Positions 61,244 through 64,000 of a stretch of 64,000 nt of DNA are shown here, piece after piece. The notes beneath the pieces were generated by a model. That model was not told the DNA's origin, did no database searches, and was given only the letters and a program-made list of their open reading frames with translations. The DNA lies in assembly GCF_009914755.1 (NCBI RefSeq), contig NC_060932.1; one strand, written 5' to 3'. How positions within the stretch are numbered: the stretch's first letter is position 1; the number at the start of each line of letters is the position of its first letter. The stretch comes from the human T2T-CHM13v2.0 reference genome, Homo sapiens. The translations under genes were made by a program, and so were the position numbers.

Positions 61244-61385
61244 TTATTATTTTATTATTATACTTTAAGTTCTGGGATACATGTGCAGAATGTGCAGGTT
61301 TGTTACATAGGTATACACGTACCATGGTGGTTTGCTGCACCCATCATCCTGTTATCTACATTAGGTATTTCTCCTAATGCTATCC
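61244..61385 (-). mobile_element. L1PA 3' end, heavily 5'-truncated
   Basis: 'tactttaagttctgggatacatgtgcagaatgtgcaggtttg'; 15-bp TSD ttaaaagggacttta at 61229-61243 and 61386-61400. Confidence 0.9.
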
Positions 61386-62034
61386 TTAAAAGGGACTTTA
61401 AATGAAGTTGAATAGTAGTTTTTAAAAGTCAATGTGTAATTTATGTGAAATCTAACAGTAATGAGGTCCTTTCTGTTTTTTGTATGTAAACAGATCTACT
61501 AATCCTGTATAAAGGTTATTTTATGAAAAAAAAAAACAAAAAAACAAAAAAAAAAAACCTGATTCCTGGCACATAGGAGATTTCAGTGTGTGTCAACTGT
61601 GGCCCATCAACTGCAAGCCGTCTTACTGCTTCTCTCAGGCGATTCAATAAGAATAAAAAGCAAATGAATCCTTGATTTCTTTTAAATACTGCATTCATTT
61701 CAGGAAGAAGAAAGTGATTTAAAAAGAAGTACAGAATGTTCATCTTCTCTTTCATTCCAACTACAGCCTGAGAAGTTCAGTCCCTTAAGGGACATAATAT
61801 TTTCAACCACGGTTGATAGTAATTTAATAAATAATTTAGTATTTTAAACATCTGCTTTGCTAAAAGTGGTATGCCATAAAACCTCTGCTAATGTCTTGAA
61901 ACTGTGTATATTTTGAAGAGATGGTGCATGTCTTAGATTTTTTCCCCTCCTCTATCAGCTAAGCAATAGGAATGCCTATCTTTAGTTCTGTTTTAGAGCA
62001 TTTTTGGGGTGGTAAAATATATTACAAATTATTA

Positions 62035-62820
62035 CTCATTCATTGTCTCAACAGGGATGCATCATGCCATTGCTATGATCCTGGTGCTCTTCTAAAGCAG
62101 CTTTGAGAACACAAAGATGAACACTTACCCTTAGCGAGTGTACAGGCTGTAAGGAGAGAGAGAGACATTAATATGTATACCTAAAGCCGAGCCTATGTGC
62201 AGTGAAGGGGGTGGAGAAAAGAGGGAGGTAGGGAGGTGGGGGGAGGGGGGGGGAGAGAGAGAGAGAGAGAAAGAGATACAGGGCACCATTAGAGCACTTA
62301 GGAGGATAAAGCACCTAATCAGCCTGGAATAGTCAGAGGAAGCTTCGTGGAGTTGGTCTCAAACCAGGTCTTAAAGGACGGGTAGGAATTAATCAAGCAA
62401 ATGGAGGTAAGGATGGGAGTGGGTGGGCATTCCGGGGAGAGGAGACAGTAGGAACAATGGCGGAGAGGAGAGGAGCAGCATATGACATGGTGAAGAATAG
62501 GATGTGGAGCAGGGCATGAGGATAGCTGGTGATGGGGAAATAGGCCAGGGTGAGATTGCAGAGGGCTCCATGTGCCTTACTGGAAAGCCTGGGCTTTGTC
62601 TGAAATGATGGGAGCCATGGAAGAGCTGTAAGCAGGAGACCACCAATGGGCAGATAGTGCTGTAGGGAGATTCTCTTGCCGAGTAGAGAGATGGATAGAA
62701 GAAATACGTGACAGGGGGCAAGAGACCAGTTAGGAGGATGTGGCTGTTTCCAGGCAACAGTTGATGAGCAGCAGAACTGGGAGTGCCATGGAGAGCTGGG
62801 ACAGACTCATGCCACACCTA
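62035..62820 (-). mobile_element. Degenerate L2 fragment(s) with a G/GA-rich low-complexity interior
   Basis: 'aaggacgggtaggaattaatcaagcaaa..gggcattccgggga', 'atggggagccatggaagag'. Confidence 0.5.
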
Positions 62821-62915
62821 AGAGGCAAACACTGCAGGACACCCTGAATGCCTCCTTGCAAGGGATGAGGAAAGGGAAGTGCCAAGCAGGGCCTTTCAAG
62901 ATTCTGGTTTAGGTA

Positions 62916-63224
62916 CATCATTCTGAGCAAACTATTGCGAGGACAAAAAACCAAACACCGCATGTTCTCACTCATAGGTGGGAATTGAACAATGAGAACA
63001 CTTAGACACAGGAAGGGGAACATCACACCCCAGGGCCTGTCATGGGGTGGGGGAAGGGGGGAGGGATAGCATTAGGAGATATACCTAATGTAAATGACGA
63101 GTTGATGGGTGCAGCACATCAACATGGCACATATATACATATGTAACAAACCTGCACATTGTGCACATGTACCCTAGAACTTAAAGTGTAATAAAAAAAT
63201 AAAGCAAACAAAAAAGAAAAAAAT
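62916..63224 (+). mobile_element. L1PA 3' end, 5'-truncated
   Basis: 'caaacaccgcatgttctcactcataggtgggaattgaacaatgag...gtaccctagaacttaaagt' plus A-tail; perfect 18-bp TSD aagattctggtttaggta at 62898-62915 and 63225-63242. Confidence 0.93.
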
Positions 63225-64000
63225 AAGATTCTGGTTTAGGTAAAAGAAGAAATAAATGGTTGAGTGGAAGCTTGAGGACTGCAGTCTCATTGTTCTGAGA
63301 GAGACTTCACTTTCACTGACTTTCGGGCAGAGAACAGAACAAATTCTGTGCTTCCTCTGCCCCTGGGGAGATTGCCTGTGTTGCTGGAAGGACTTCTTCC
63401 TAATTGCCCAGACCTGCCCAGAAGAAGAGGCAGGAACTGTATTTGGAACAACATTCAGAAGGGATCTGTTCTTGTTACCTTCACCTTTCTGACCCATCTT
63501 GAATAAGATGGTCTTTCTCTGCCAGTGGTTACAGCACTCCTGTACATGTTCCATTTTCAAATGCCTTAAAAATGTTATGAATATATATATCGTGCTAGTT
63601 CTCTCTATAAAGTAGTTATAATAAACTTTATTTCAACCAAACAAACAAATAATGAAATTACCTAAAATCAGTAAGTCAATGAATTCATGGTAAAAATTTA
63701 TCTTATTTTTTTTGCCATCTGGTTAGAACCCATTTTCTGCTAGCCCCCTCATTTTTAGGGGATACTTCACTGTGTGCAGCCTTGGTGGGAGGTCATGCTC
63801 ACTTCCAAAAACGGGACCTAAAAAGACCTGATCTTTTCACTCTCTGCTGTGGTCCAGCCAGGGTCAGGTATGTGACTTAAAGGTTTGGCGAATGACACAT
63901 TCTTCTGGGGGAGTGAAGGAAGGAGGTTGGGGGTTCTCTGTTGGGAGGGCATTCCTGCCAGCATCAGTGAGGGGTGTTGGCCACAAATGGTTCCTGTTGT

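Noticed and set aside
62730-63026. 98-aa ORF
   Set aside because: Antisense translation of the L1PA 3' end; the element is truncated and non-autonomous.

Overview
Primate (almost certainly human) genomic DNA containing one complete protein-coding gene on the minus strand, FBXO32 (atrogin-1/MAFbx). I traced it by hand: 9 GT-AG coding exons from ATG 52115-52117 to TGA 14474-14476, giving 1068 nt / 355 aa. It has a CpG-island promoter (~51400-52900) and a ~5.5 kb 3'UTR with four AATAAA signals. The rest is typical interspersed repeats: about 40 Alus, L1/L2/MIR fragments, MaLR/ERVL LTRs and MER DNA transposons. Nearly all other ORFs in the track are Alu- or chance-derived. I found no evidence of a wholly new biological system. 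The best leads are (i) exons 5+6 form a 279-nt stop-free, phase-0 cassette bracketed by inverted Alus (candidate skipped module or endless-ORF circRNA), (ii) overlapping PUM, miRNA and poly(A) motifs in the 3'UTR, (iii) a 51-bp Alu fragment apparently copied from a neighbouring Alu, and (iv) a solo Hsmar1/MADE1 TIR in intron 4. Repeat subfamily names and boundaries are from recall of consensus sequences and are approximate.
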